Virus record (IMG/VR): IMGVR_UViG_3300046025_000030
Location: 1 to 46,821 of that record
DNA length: 46,821 nt
Source of the DNA: a virus
Lineage: Duplodnaviria > Caudoviricetes
Reading direction: 5' to 3' (one strand)
Under the pieces are notes generated by a model. The model did not search any database and was not told the DNA's origin. It saw only the letters and a program-made list of their open reading frames with translations. The position numbers and the translations under genes are program-made. Below, piece by piece: positions 46,714-46,821 of the stretch. How positions within the stretch are numbered: the first letter of the stretch is position 1; the number at the start of each line of letters is the position of its first letter.

Positions 46714-46821
46714 TGCTGTTCAAAGACTACCACATTCCGCAGATTCGGTCGGGGAGTAAGACGGTGACCCGGCGGGAGTGGGCCGACAACTACCACGGCC
46801 CGAACGTCGGGACGGTCGTCG
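46713..46821 (+). CDS. ASCH-domain protein, 5' part only
   Basis: MLFKDYHIPQIRSGSKTVTRR matches the ASCH GxKxxTxR motif; cut by the window edge. Confidence 0.7.
   Translation, partial: MLFKDYHIPQIRSGSKTVTRREWADNYHGPNVGTVV

Larger units (their letters stand above)
1..46821. mobile_element. Haloarchaeal tailed virus (siphovirus-like) genome or provirus, near complete
   Basis: Complete head-tail morphogenesis module, MCM, Hjc, acidic proteins, tightly overlapping genes and no recognisable host housekeeping genes. Confidence 0.95.

Overview
The window is almost entirely a tailed virus of halophilic archaea (Caudoviricetes, siphovirus-type tail). It is GC-rich, its proteins are strongly acidic, and it carries archaeal-type MCM and Hjc. 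Gene order: a truncated Dam-like gene, a candidate origin and MCM, then terminase small/large, portal, MuF, a protease-scaffold fusion, decoration protein and HK97-fold capsid. Next come the head-tail genes, tail tube, a frameshifted tail chaperone, tape measure and a mosaic receptor-binding block (beta-helix spike, two LamG proteins), followed by a metzincin protease and a small hydrophobic protein. The right half holds regulators (RHH, wHTH), a HerA-like ATPase, an LSm-ParB-C2H2 fusion, a C5 methyltransferase, Hjc, an HNH nuclease, many zinc-ribbon microproteins and an ASCH gene cut by the window edge. No integrase, DNA polymerase, CRISPR array or canonical tRNA is visible. Best leads: (1) a metzincin protease at the usual lysis-gene position, a candidate S-layer 'endolysin'; (2) a LamG adhesin broken at a G8 run (phase variation or -1 frameshift); (3) recombination scars on both sides of the tail-spike gene; (4) D-armless tRNA-like elements upstream of an early operon; (5) a 21-bp inverted-repeat candidate origin next to MCM. 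All functional calls come from motifs and synteny read by eye; no searches were run.
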